From positions 1,136 to 65,135 of the forward strand of contig CAYQEE010000010.1 of NCBI GenBank assembly GCA_964416445.1: a stretch of 64,000 nucleotides of DNA. Reading direction: 5' to 3'. Shown piece after piece: positions 49,803 through 58,861 of the stretch (the first letter of the stretch is position 1; each line of letters starts with the position of its first letter). The translations under genes and the position numbers were made by a program. This DNA is from an uncultured Gammaproteobacteria bacterium (lineage in GTDB: Bacteria > Patescibacteriota > Microgenomatia > Levybacterales > UBA12049). Below the pieces are notes generated by a model. That model was given only the letters and a program-made list of their open reading frames with translations. It had not been told where the DNA came from and did no database searches.

Positions 49803-49947
49803 AAAGCAGATTATACTCTTGAAACGCCTGAAAAAATAGGAGAAATGTATTTTTCTTTTTTTACCTCCTGTATTATAAGCATTGGTAACGAATAGTTGGT
49901 TATTTTCTATAAATGATGTTGCAATGAAAAGTTGTTACAATACGAGA

Positions 49948-51147
49948 ATGGGAAAAACAATTGTGTACTTCAGTTACCGAGGTCTTGGACATTTTAATCC
50001 AACGAGTATTTTTGCGGCAGAATTGGTAAAACGAGGACATAACGTAATATACTATGCGGCAGATCAGTATCGTGACACACTTCATTCGTTAGGTATTCAC
50101 CAAAAATCCTATCCCCAATGGCATTTTAGTGAAGGAAATGCACATGGTAATTTAGGAGTACTTGCAAGAGAAGTAGTTGAAATAACAAATCGATCTCTGC
50201 CAATATTACTTGAAGAAATGCGAAATATAAATCCTGATATCATTCTTTATGACACTATTGCTATGTGGGGAAATGTTATTGCACATGTTCGTCAGAAACC
50301 CTCCGTTGCTCTCTTTACCACATTTGCCTTTAATGCTCATGTTTCAAGACATTTTCCATCAATTTATCTATCTCTATTGATAAAAGCACTTCTTAAGAAG
50401 CCTGATGGAATTTATGCTTATTATCGATATTGCAAACTTGCAAAAAAATATTCCCTTTCGCCAAAATCACTTACTGAATTTCTTCTTAGTAAAGGGACGA
50501 TGAATATTGTTTTCACCTCGGGTTATTTTCAACCGTGCTCTGAAAGTTTTGATAATTCATTTCATTTTGTTGGTCCTTCCCTATCAAAGAGAAAAGAAAC
50601 GATTGATTTTTGGAATAAACTTGATTTAAAGAAAAAAACAATCTACATTTCTCTTGGATCTATTTTGACTGATAATTTAAATTTCTATAAACTCTGTATA
50701 AATACATTTGCTAACGCTCCATATCAAGTAATTTTGTCTTTAGGTAATACGTTTACTATAAAAGATTTACCTCCAATACCCCAGAATATTTTTGTAAAAA
50801 ATTATATACCGCAACTTGAGATACTTCAAAAAACAGATGTTTTCATAACTCATGGTGGGATGAATAGTGTTAGCGAGGGTTTATATTACGGAGTACCCTT
50901 AGTCATAATACCTCATACAGACGAAATGAAAATGAACGCAAAGCGTGTCGTTGAATTAAGAGCTGGTGTACAACTGTCAAAAGATCATCTTACTTCACAA
51001 AAACTCAAAAATGCAGTTGCATTACTCTTACAAGAAAAACGGTATTCGCAGCATGCTGCGATGATTCAATCTTCATTTCGAAATGCAGGTGGATATAAAA
51101 AAGCATGCAAAATTGTTGATGATTACTTGAAAGAAAATCGTAGATAA
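49948..51147 (+). CDS. GT1-family UDP-glycosyltransferase (MGT/UGT-like GT-B)
   Basis: N-terminal GHxNP motif (GLGHFNPT). C-terminal UDPGT signature region (THGGMNSVSEGLYYGVPLVIIPHTDEMKMNAKRV). Start set at the ATG at 49948 (MGKTIVYF). Confidence 0.7.
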   Translation: MGKTIVYFSYRGLGHFNPTSIFAAELVKRGHNVIYYAADQYRDTLHSLGIHQKSYPQWHFSEGNAHGNLGVLAREVVEITNRSLPILLEEMRNINPDIILYDTIAMWGNVIAHVRQKPSVALFTTFAFNAHVSRHFPSIYLSLLIKALLKKPDGIYAYYRYCKLAKKYSLSPKSLTEFLLSKGTMNIVFTSGYFQPCSESFDNSFHFVGPSLSKRKETIDFWNKLDLKKKTIYISLGSILTDNLNFYKLCINTFANAPYQVILSLGNTFTIKDLPPIPQNIFVKNYIPQLEILQKTDVFITHGGMNSVSEGLYYGVPLVIIPHTDEMKMNAKRVVELRAGVQLSKDHLTSQKLKNAVALLLQEKRYSQHAAMIQSSFRNAGGYKKACKIVDDYLKENRR

Positions 51148-51854
51148 TGAAAGCTGAATCTCTTACTATAGTTAATAATAAAAATCAGAAACTTCACGGA
51201 ACTTTTTATAGAAATACATCTAAAACTCTTGTAATTATGTGTCATGGTATTGAGTCATTTACTGATTTTCCTGGAATGGAGAAAGTATATACCGCATATT
51301 TTAAAACGGGTAGCTCTGTTTTCTTTTTTGATTTTTCAGGTTATGGAAAAAGTGAAGGTAAAAAAGTATTAAGTATAAAACAACGGGTAGAAGATATTGG
51401 GAGTGTAATTCGTTATTTTGATGAATATCAAGAGATCATTCTTTATGGAGTAAGCTTGTCTGGCATTGTTGTGTTGATTGCTGCGGGAAAATATAAAAAA
51501 GTTACCAAATTAATTACTATTAATGGTTTATTCTCAATTCAGTTAGCGCATTTATATTTACGTCAAGCATTTATCCTATATAGCTACTTACTTTTTCATC
51601 CAAATAGCTGGAGTGATGTGTACTATATAATAAAAAATGCTAATCCAAAACAAATTACGATACCAGTTCTAGTAGTATATGGTGAAAAGGATTCTATAGT
51701 AAAACCTAAACAGTCAGTAGACTTTTACAAGAAAATACGTACAAGCAAAACACTCATCACGGTTCCCAATGGTGATCATCCATTAATGAAAACTGAATTT
51801 GAAAAGGTAACTATTAGTATTCCTCAATGGATAGCTGGGTGGGTTATTAAGTGA
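51147..51854 (+). CDS. Alpha/beta hydrolase (GxSxG), translationally coupled to the glycosyltransferase
   Basis: HG oxyanion region (VIMCHG). GVSLSG nucleophile elbow. C-terminal GDHP. The start overlaps the GT stop. Confidence 0.6.
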   Translation: MKAESLTIVNNKNQKLHGTFYRNTSKTLVIMCHGIESFTDFPGMEKVYTAYFKTGSSVFFFDFSGYGKSEGKKVLSIKQRVEDIGSVIRYFDEYQEIILYGVSLSGIVVLIAAGKYKKVTKLITINGLFSIQLAHLYLRQAFILYSYLLFHPNSWSDVYYIIKNANPKQITIPVLVVYGEKDSIVKPKQSVDFYKKIRTSKTLITVPNGDHPLMKTEFEKVTISIPQWIAGWVIK

Positions 51855-51875
51855 TACCTGATGAATTTAACTTAC

Positions 51876-51952
51876 TGGTGGAGCCAAGTGGACTTGAACC
51901 ACTGACCTTTACAATGTCAATGTAACGCTCTAGCCAGCTGAGCTATGGCTCC
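51876..51952 (-). tRNA. tRNA-Val (anticodon GAC), CCA encoded
   Basis: Manual fold of GGAGCCAUAGCUCAGCUGGCUAGAGCG-UUACA-UUGACAU-UGUAA-AGGUC-AGUGGUUCAAGUCCACU-UGGCUCC-A-CCA. 7-bp acceptor, anticodon loop UUGACAU. Confidence 0.8.
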
Positions 51953-51982
51953 GTGTAGCCCATTATAGCAAACATGGATATT

Positions 51983-53068
51983 TTACGAAAGTGAAAGAAG
52001 GAAATTCTTTAAGATATTATAGTATTCAAAAAGACTTTTTATTTCAACGCATTCATTATCCCCATGCTGGTTCTTCCCTACAACACCAAACTCAATGCCC
52101 AAACAACCAACGTCATTATAGAACCGCAAATCTGATGTTGCATGAGCTACTCGTAAATGAGCCTTTTTATTAGTTGTTCTTTCTATATGTTTTCTTAATT
52201 GGGTAATATAATTATTATCCTCGCTAATAAAGGTTGGATTAGTATTTTGAACAATAGTTAATTTTATATTTGCTGGGATGACTTGTTTGATTTTTTCCAA
52301 CACCGTTTCTTGGTCTTCGTGGACAAATCGTAAATCAATATGTGCAGTTGCTTCTTCAGGAACTGCATTAAACGTTTTATTACTTGTCTCGATTCTTGCT
52401 AAATTTATTGTCGTTACCCAAGCCTCTTTGGAAGGTACAGGATAGAGTTTTCTGATTTTGTATAGCGTATCTGTTAACTTCCAAAGAGCATTTTCTCCTC
52501 TCCATGGATATCCTCCATGCGCTGTGGATCCTGCTGCTGTTAAGGTGAACCAAAGGGCACCTTTCGATTTGTGAATAATATCCAAGTTTGAAGAACATTC
52601 TCCGCAGATGATAAAATCTCCTCTCACCCCTTGTTTAATTTGATATTGTGTTGAATTTTCGCTTGAATTTTCTTCATCTGTAACAATTTGCAACGCAATT
52701 GGATAGGAAACCTGATTAGCAATTTCATTAAAAACAAGTATCATAACTGCAGCGGCTGCTTTCATATCATAAGCGCCACGACCATAAAGATAACCGTCTC
52801 TTTCCTCTGGTTGATATTGTTCTCTTTTCCCGGGGACTACATCAAGATGTGCATTCAAGATAATTTTATAACGAGAATTTTTTGTTAAACTATTATGAAT
52901 AAGTAAACTAGGAATCTTATTTGATTCAAATCTTTTCGTAACAAACGTGGGTGCTACTACTTCTTGCACAATATGTAAGATATTATCTAATGCATTAAGG
53001 TTATCTCTTGTTGATGGTATCGTAATAAGTTTTTTTGTTAATGTAAGAATTTCTGTCTTTGTTACCAT
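51983..53068 (-). CDS. M20-family metallopeptidase (ArgE/DapE-like deacylase)
   Basis: HLDVVPG. GRGAYDMKAAAAVM. Metal-binding His/Glu pattern. 361 aa. Confidence 0.7.
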   Translation of the reverse strand: MVTKTEILTLTKKLITIPSTRDNLNALDNILHIVQEVVAPTFVTKRFESNKIPSLLIHNSLTKNSRYKIILNAHLDVVPGKREQYQPEERDGYLYGRGAYDMKAAAAVMILVFNEIANQVSYPIALQIVTDEENSSENSTQYQIKQGVRGDFIICGECSSNLDIIHKSKGALWFTLTAAGSTAHGGYPWRGENALWKLTDTLYKIRKLYPVPSKEAWVTTINLARIETSNKTFNAVPEEATAHIDLRFVHEDQETVLEKIKQVIPANIKLTIVQNTNPTFISEDNNYITQLRKHIERTTNKKAHLRVAHATSDLRFYNDVGCLGIEFGVVGKNQHGDNECVEIKSLFEYYNILKNFLLSLS

Positions 53069-53191
53069 TGAAATATTTTAGATTTGATTATGAGCAGTTT
53101 TTAGGCATGCATATTCTATCTAGTATACCGTATACAGGTAATTCATCAAAGTAATTCTTAAATTCCTTCGTGTACTTGGAAAGAGGAGTAT

Positions 53192-53416
53192 TTAATTCAT
53201 AAAGAGAATAAAAAACACCATTAGTCCAACTGAAAATATTGCAAAAAATGTACCAATTTTCATTAATGCTATTGAAAGGCCAGGTAATTCTAGTCCAAGT
53301 TGATGTCGTACTTTTTCGATTCTCACTTTATAGATCCAGTTATATATACCTATTAAAGCCGTGATGCTTAGAAGGACAACGTATACTGAATTTGTTACAT
53401 TACTCATTATTACCAC
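53192..53416 (-). CDS. Tiny 2-TM membrane protein (module copy 1)
   Basis: 74 aa. Two hydrophobic helices flanking a basic loop (KVRIEKVRHQ). 7-nt overlap with the upstream bPH_2 gene. A paralog with the same layout sits at 59713-59913. Confidence 0.5.
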   Translation of the reverse strand: MVIMSNVTNSVYVVLLSITALIGIYNWIYKVRIEKVRHQLGLELPGLSIALMKIGTFFAIFSVGLMVFFILFMN

Positions 53417-54054
53417 CTCCCTCCTAATGAAAATCTTCCTGTGCCTTGTTTACTTATCGCTTCAGGGGCTGTTGTCTGATGTGCTCGGAACCAAATTGGA
53501 CGAATTGCATTTGCATCCAATGTTGAGAACATATTATTCAAAAGGACAGCGATTTTTCTCGGATTTTGTATATCAGTTAAAATAAATTCCTCTTGATGAG
53601 TTGGACGATCAAATGTTATGACAATATCACCCATATCAACAAGTTCATTTAATATGCCATGTTTTTTCTCATCAATCTCTGTGCATCGAACTTGGTCCAG
53701 TAATACAATATTAATCCGATAAAAATATAATGGCGAAAAATAGACTTCTAAAATTTTTCTATTTGTCACAATGAACAGATGGAAATACCAGTCTACACTT
53801 GCTTTAACTATTAAACTCAACGTTGCACAAATTACCACCAATATACCTGAAATAAAAAGGGTTGGATAGTCGAGCAATTTGTCAAAAAGGACAAATAGAA
53901 TTAAGTAAAAAGGTATACTCAGTGCAATAATATTTATTATTTCACGACATAAGATTACCGGATGTTTTCTTTCTGCTAGCACTAACTGCTCATCAGGAAG
54001 GGTAATAAAATATTCGAGAGGACTTGGTATTTTTTTTTCAGTTATTCCTGCCAT
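53410..54054 (-). CDS. bPH_2 (YdbS/YdbT-like bacterial PH-domain) membrane protein (module copy 1)
   Basis: Two N-terminal TM helices followed by the WYFHLFIVTNRKILEV bPH_2 core. Clear paralog of 59917-60489 (WYFTFYIVTNKRLIIR). Confidence 0.6.
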   Translation of the reverse strand: MAGITEKKIPSPLEYFITLPDEQLVLAERKHPVILCREIINIIALSIPFYLILFVLFDKLLDYPTLFISGILVVICATLSLIVKASVDWYFHLFIVTNRKILEVYFSPLYFYRINIVLLDQVRCTEIDEKKHGILNELVDMGDIVITFDRPTHQEEFILTDIQNPRKIAVLLNNMFSTLDANAIRPIWFRAHQTTAPEAISKQGTGRFSLGGRW

Positions 54055-54227
54055 AACGTACCTCCTTTATCCGTCTCTTAATAGGTGTTTTCTAAAAGTA
54101 GTTATTCATATTTCGTTTCTTTGCCCCCTAACGTTACTCTTTTTAATTTTAAATGCAGTGAGATATCTTACCAAATACTAGTAATTTTAATTGCAATTTT
54201 ACTTTTTTATACTATAATTTCCCTATC

Positions 54228-54878
54228 TTGAATACGGAAACGTTTAAAAAGGTAAATGCATTCTTTCTACAATTCAATTCGTTTCATTATAAAAAACGAG
54301 AAACTATTCTATTCACTAAAGATGTTCCTCCTGGCGTGTTTTATATAACAAAAGGTTATGTGCGAAGTTACCTCCTTTCCAAAGAGGGTAAAGAATTAAC
54401 AGTAACTTTGCTCAAACCATTTGATGTTTTTCCCATGCATTGGGTTATTAATAACGTTCTTACGTCTCATTATTACGAAGCATTAGTACCGGTGGAAGTG
54501 TATCGATGTCCAAAAAAAAATTTTCTGTTCTTCTTAGAACAAAATCATGATGTCTTTTTTTATATAATCAGCTTAATTCTTTTAAGACTCCAAAATTCTT
54601 CAGAACGAATAGAAGCTGCTGTGCTGGGGAATGCCTCTGCGAAAATAGCAGGTATGCTTGAGTTTCTTATCGAAATTGCAGGAACAAAAAGCGGAAGTGG
54701 CGTTGTAATCGATTTACCGATAACTCATAAAGATATTGCCGCTTTTATAGGACTAGCGAGAGAAACAGTAAGTATCGAAGTAGAGAGACTACGAAGAGAA
54801 GGGATTTTAGAACAAAAAGCACACCGATTTGTTATTAAAGATTTAAAAAAACTTAAAGAGGAAACCAATATTGATTGA
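54228..54878 (+). CDS. Crp/Fnr-family transcriptional regulator (module copy 1)
   Basis: cNMP-binding beta-roll (GVFYITKGYVRSYLLSKEGKELTV) plus C-terminal HTH (IAAFIGLARETVSIEVERLRREG). Divergent from the bPH_2 gene. Confidence 0.7.
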   Translation: MNTETFKKVNAFFLQFNSFHYKKRETILFTKDVPPGVFYITKGYVRSYLLSKEGKELTVTLLKPFDVFPMHWVINNVLTSHYYEALVPVEVYRCPKKNFLFFLEQNHDVFFYIISLILLRLQNSSERIEAAVLGNASAKIAGMLEFLIEIAGTKSGSGVVIDLPITHKDIAAFIGLARETVSIEVERLRREGILEQKAHRFVIKDLKKLKEETNID

Positions 54879-54886
54879 ATTTACTC

Positions 54887-55555
54887 TTAACCTGCTTGTG
54901 TGGCTATTGCTCGTTCACCTGATAGACTAAATTTCGTTCCATGTTTTTTAGCCATATCCCAATAATTTGGTTTCTTCTTTTTACTAGCCATCCCTTGTTT
55001 TTGTTTTCCATTCATGGTTGTTAACCAAACACTTGCATTATCGATTTTCTGACGTGCATCTCGAACAACTGACAGCACCCAGTTAAAGAATGATTTATGA
55101 TATTTACCTGGACTTACTAGCGTTTGTCCTGTCGCTTCAACAATTTCCTTTTCTAATTGCTTGGTACTACTTGCTAAACTTTTTAATTCTAAAATAACTT
55201 CTTGTATTTCCTGTTTTGTTTTTTGTTCATCTACATGGTTTTTCTCGCCAGCTCGGAGGATTTCACCAATATAATCGATACCTGGTCGAATTGCTTGTGC
55301 GTGGTTTTCTACTGATTGTAGTTTCTTTGTTTCAGCTTGTTGTTGTGCTTTATGAGATTTTAGATCGAGTTCTTGACCTGGCTGAAGATCGCCTTTCTTA
55401 GGCAATGCAAAAAGTTCGTGAACTACTTCACTGAAGATTTCTTTTGTTTGTTGTTTAGTTTCTTCTCCAAACTCCCGAATTACTTCATACGGATTAACGT
55501 ATGAGTTCTTTAGGTTGTTTTTTTTCTTTTTCTGTACTATAGGGTCACCTAGCAT
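54887..55555 (-). CDS. Hypothetical charged/coiled-coil protein (222 aa)
   Basis: K/Q/E-rich, no recognised motif. Confidence 0.4.
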   Translation of the reverse strand: MLGDPIVQKKKKNNLKNSYVNPYEVIREFGEETKQQTKEIFSEVVHELFALPKKGDLQPGQELDLKSHKAQQQAETKKLQSVENHAQAIRPGIDYIGEILRAGEKNHVDEQKTKQEIQEVILELKSLASSTKQLEKEIVEATGQTLVSPGKYHKSFFNWVLSVVRDARQKIDNASVWLTTMNGKQKQGMASKKKKPNYWDMAKKHGTKFSLSGERAIATQAG

Positions 55556-55570
55556 AGTTGTATAACCCTA

Positions 55571-56419
55571 TCACAAATTCTTGAGAAAATCAAGTGTTTT
55601 CTGTTGTCTAAGTATACTGGCAAGGAGATAGACATTCGATTCTAATTGCTTTCGCTCTGTATCATCTTTTGCTTTTTTCAGAGCTTCCTCTACTTCTTCT
55701 GGATTGACTGCTATTTTCTCTACTTCAGCAATTTTTTGTAAAGCAAATTCAAATTTTATATCGTTTTCCGCCTTGGTTTGATATTCACTTTTTAAAGATT
55801 CTATTGATTTTCCTGTTGATGCAATATATTGGTCAAGGGAAAGTCCTAATGATTTGATCTCTGAGAGTAATTGAGAGAGAAGTCTTTCGACCTCTCCTTC
55901 TACGAGAATTTTGGGAACAGTTACCGTTATTTTATCAAGGAGTACTTTGACAATATCATCAAAATTAGGTTGTTGAGGCTCCTTACCGGGAATGACAATT
56001 TTACTTTTTACTGTTATGTTTTTAATAGCGTCTTTATAGTCATTTAACGCAACTTCAGGCATTTCACAAGTTGAAGCCGTAAATACCCAATCTTTCCCTT
56101 CCTCAAAATTTTCCACATGAATTTTAGGGTTAATGATTGGTTTAATATTATGTTCTGAGACTGCTTTTGAATATGCATCGGGCAATAGTTTTTTTAATAC
56201 TTCCTCACGTACTTTTTCAAAATTAATATGGTTTATTGCCACATTTTTTGGTGCTTTACCCTGTCTAAAGCCAGGAACCGTAACATATTGAACTGCTTTA
56301 TCAATCTCTATTTCTGTAGCTTTTTGCACATCTGCAGTAGGAAGCGTAATGGTAAAAGTAATAGTTCCATCAGTGTCTTTTTTTATAGTTGATATAGGTT
56401 TTGTTGTATCTTTTTTCAT
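55571..56419 (-). CDS. tig: Trigger factor (shortened, about 282 aa)
   Basis: Ribosome-binding signature VPGFRQGKAPKNV in the N-domain and C-terminal chaperone arm. About 150 aa shorter than canonical, so the PPIase domain is apparently absent. The ORF-track start (56506) reads through tRNA-Leu and was trimmed to the ATG at 56419. Confidence 0.7.
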   Translation of the reverse strand: MKKDTTKPISTIKKDTDGTITFTITLPTADVQKATEIEIDKAVQYVTVPGFRQGKAPKNVAINHINFEKVREEVLKKLLPDAYSKAVSEHNIKPIINPKIHVENFEEGKDWVFTASTCEMPEVALNDYKDAIKNITVKSKIVIPGKEPQQPNFDDIVKVLLDKITVTVPKILVEGEVERLLSQLLSEIKSLGLSLDQYIASTGKSIESLKSEYQTKAENDIKFEFALQKIAEVEKIAVNPEEVEEALKKAKDDTERKQLESNVYLLASILRQQKTLDFLKNL

Positions 56420-56430
56420 AGTTATATTAG

Positions 56431-56512
56431 TGGGTCGGAGAGGAATCGAACCTCCAACCCGTAAGGGATACGGTCCTAAACCGTACGCGTATGCCAGTTC
56501 CGCCACCGACCC
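56431..56512 (-). tRNA. tRNA-Leu (anticodon UAG), class II long variable arm
   Basis: Manual fold. Acceptor GGGUCGG/CCGACCC + A. Anticodon stem UACGG/CCGUA with loop UUUAGGA. Long variable arm. T-arm GGAGG-UUCGAUU-CCUCU. No encoded CCA. Confidence 0.75.
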
Positions 56513-56536
56513 GAAATTTTCTTAAGTATACTTTAT

Positions 56537-57133
56537 TTATAAGGAAATTGGAAGAGTCGGAACGAGTTGTGATTCATAATTTAATTTCGATGCTTCCATT
56601 TGAACTAAGAAAAAACGAGTATGTGTTGGCCAAGCATCTGAAGAAGCATAAACATGACCGATCTCTTCCAGACTCGAGAGGTGAAATTTATCAATATAAT
56701 CTTCCCTTAAGGATTTCGAAACAGTTTTAATTGATTCTTCGTAGGAAGTAAAGCAAGTCATATGGCCTGTATAAATTCCAAAACCAAAAGGGTTATTACA
56801 ATTTGCGGGAACTTCCTGTCCAAAGGTGGATTCAGTTCCTGCCACAGCAGCAACTAAATTCCATGGTAGGTTATATAAGTCCGCCTGATCTATGAATACT
56901 TGTGCATATTGCGATAGTGGGGAATTCCACTTTTGCAAATATTCTTTCAAAACCTCAACTCTGTAATCTTTTTTCTTTAGTGTTAACTGAGCCTCACGTG
57001 TTGCTCCTTGAGTTTCAAGAGCTGTGACATTAGGAGTGAGTTCAGCACTGTCTCCTGCCGCGTGTGCTTGCTTTATATTGAGAAGGGACAGTATGAGAAA
57101 AAAGAAAACAAAAATAGTAATTTTTGCTTTCAT
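56537..57133 (-). CDS. Secreted glucosaminidase-family (PF01832-like) peptidoglycan hydrolase, paralog A
   Basis: Signal peptide MKAKITIFVFFFLILSLLNIKQAHAAG. Core LVAAVAGTESTFGQ...NNPFGFGIYTGH. Paralogous to 57251-57859. Confidence 0.55.
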   Translation of the reverse strand: MKAKITIFVFFFLILSLLNIKQAHAAGDSAELTPNVTALETQGATREAQLTLKKKDYRVEVLKEYLQKWNSPLSQYAQVFIDQADLYNLPWNLVAAVAGTESTFGQEVPANCNNPFGFGIYTGHMTCFTSYEESIKTVSKSLREDYIDKFHLSSLEEIGHVYASSDAWPTHTRFFLVQMEASKLNYESQLVPTLPISL

Positions 57134-57250
57134 ACGAAATTGGCAATTATTTTGCCATAAAAAAAATCCTAACGTATGCATTTGAGAGGCATACCTTAGG
57201 ATCTAGAAAGTAGTATATCACACGACTATAGGTTTGTCAAGACCCCGTTT

Positions 57251-57859
57251 TTAGAGGATAGTAGATATCTGGTTCATGAAATAATTAACCTTACTTGACC
57301 AGCCATTATTATTGGTTGGGTTATAAAATTGTTGAATTTGCTCTGGGGTAATATACCCTTTTTTTATGTAATTTTGGGCAAATAATTTAGAGATTGTTTC
57401 GATTGCAGTTGGATAATCTTGAAAGCTTGTAGTATGACCATGATATATTCCCCACCCCCAGCAATTATTAGTATTTGGTATCTCAGTTTTACAAAGTTGA
57501 GATTCCTGAGCGGCAATTGCAGGAAGATATCGATAATCAATATTATAATGATCTGCAGCGTCAATGATATTTTGCGCATATTGTTCCAATACAGATCCAT
57601 ATAAATGGAAAAACGATTTCACACGTGCTACACGCGTATCTCCTGTACCCACAATTCCTGTTACTTCTGTCTCCGCAGATGGTAATGCTGCGTACGTTAT
57701 GGAAGAATTAGCAGTGAATTTTGTAGACAGCGTGAGGAATTGTTGTTTTTGATTTAAACTATAGGAATAGAAAGCAAAGAAAATAATACTAACTATGATA
57801 ACACAAGGTGTTATCGTAAAGAAACTTATAAGCAGAAATAAATTTCTCATGGATAACAA
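57251..57859 (-). CDS. Membrane-anchored glucosaminidase-family peptidoglycan hydrolase, paralog B
   Basis: N-terminal TM anchor. Core LPAIAAQESQLCK...NNCWGWGIYHGH, same motif spacing as paralog A. Confidence 0.55.
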   Translation of the reverse strand: MLSMRNLFLLISFFTITPCVIIVSIIFFAFYSYSLNQKQQFLTLSTKFTANSSITYAALPSAETEVTGIVGTGDTRVARVKSFFHLYGSVLEQYAQNIIDAADHYNIDYRYLPAIAAQESQLCKTEIPNTNNCWGWGIYHGHTTSFQDYPTAIETISKLFAQNYIKKGYITPEQIQQFYNPTNNNGWSSKVNYFMNQISTIL

Positions 57860-57925
57860 TTTATATTGGCATATTTCAAATAGGTTGTCAAGAAAAATTG
57901 CTTTTGTTACAATGGTTTGACTTTA

Positions 57926-58009
57926 GCCCAGGTGGCGGAATGGTAGACGCGCTAGCTTCAGGAGCTAGTTCCCTCAACAGGAGTGGGAGTTCGAGTCTCC
58001 CCTTGGGCA
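57926..58009 (+). tRNA. tRNA-Leu (anticodon CAG), class II
   Basis: Manual fold. Acceptor GCCCAGG/CUUGGGC (one G-U) + A73. Anticodon stem CUAGC/GCUAG with loop UUCAGGA. Long variable arm. T-arm GGGAG-UUCGAGU-CUCCC. Confidence 0.75.
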
Positions 58010-58156
58010 CTTTAATCGCCTGCAGTAAATATGAATTGATGTTTGAAGTAAAATAAATATATATTCCTCATTGCAATGAGGGTAAAATTTATTGCACCCA
58101 AATAATAAATCCAATATTCTCATATATATAAGAATATCTGTTGAAATTTATAAAAT

Positions 58157-58591
58157 ATGAATATACAAATTCGTGAAGCTAAAAAAGAAGATGTGTCTTG
58201 GATTGTTAACTCTGCAAATCAAACACGTGAACTTTGGAGTAGTAAAAAATCAAGGTGGTTTAAAGAAGAAGATATTCATATATTGCTCGATAAAAGGAAT
58301 ACGGATACAATTTTCTTAATTGCTGAGGCTGATTTTTCGCCTGTTGGATTTATTTTAGTACAACAACTCCATGTTTGGGCTATATGTTTTGGTCTTTATG
58401 TTACGTCAGATTTTCGAAGTAAAGGTATAGGAAAACAATTATTAAAAACTGTAGAAAATATATTACTTACAAGAGGTATTCAAACATTGGATTTGTTGGT
58501 AGAGAGGGATAATAGAAAAGCATTGGGATTTTATAAAAGAGAGGGTTTCGATCAAGGGTTTGAATTCTATTGGATGAGTAAAACTTTATAG
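58157..58591 (+). CDS. GNAT-family N-acetyltransferase
   Basis: Acetyl-CoA motif A region (FRSKGIGKQLL). 144 aa. Confidence 0.65.
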   Translation: MNIQIREAKKEDVSWIVNSANQTRELWSSKKSRWFKEEDIHILLDKRNTDTIFLIAEADFSPVGFILVQQLHVWAICFGLYVTSDFRSKGIGKQLLKTVENILLTRGIQTLDLLVERDNRKALGFYKREGFDQGFEFYWMSKTL

Positions 58592-58861
58592 CCGTCTGAA
58601 AAATAGAACTGTACCAAAATTATTACGACTAAATTAGGGATAATTTACGTTAACCTGACATAATTTTGTAATTGAAAATAAATAGTAAATATAGTTTCCA
58701 AAAGAATTTGATAATCGACAACTTCTGTGCACTTATCCCCAAATATAAAAACCTATGCTAATTTTTAAGGTTATAAGTTCAATTCTCCTTCGCAGTACTT
58801 TCTATCTTGATAAGGAATCTTTCCTGAGCTTTTATTTTTATAGTATAATTTAGTTAAATCT

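Noticed and set aside
56420-56506. N-terminal 29-aa extension of trigger factor
   Set aside because: Reads through tRNA-Leu(UAG). The ATG at 56419 gives the conserved TF N-terminus.
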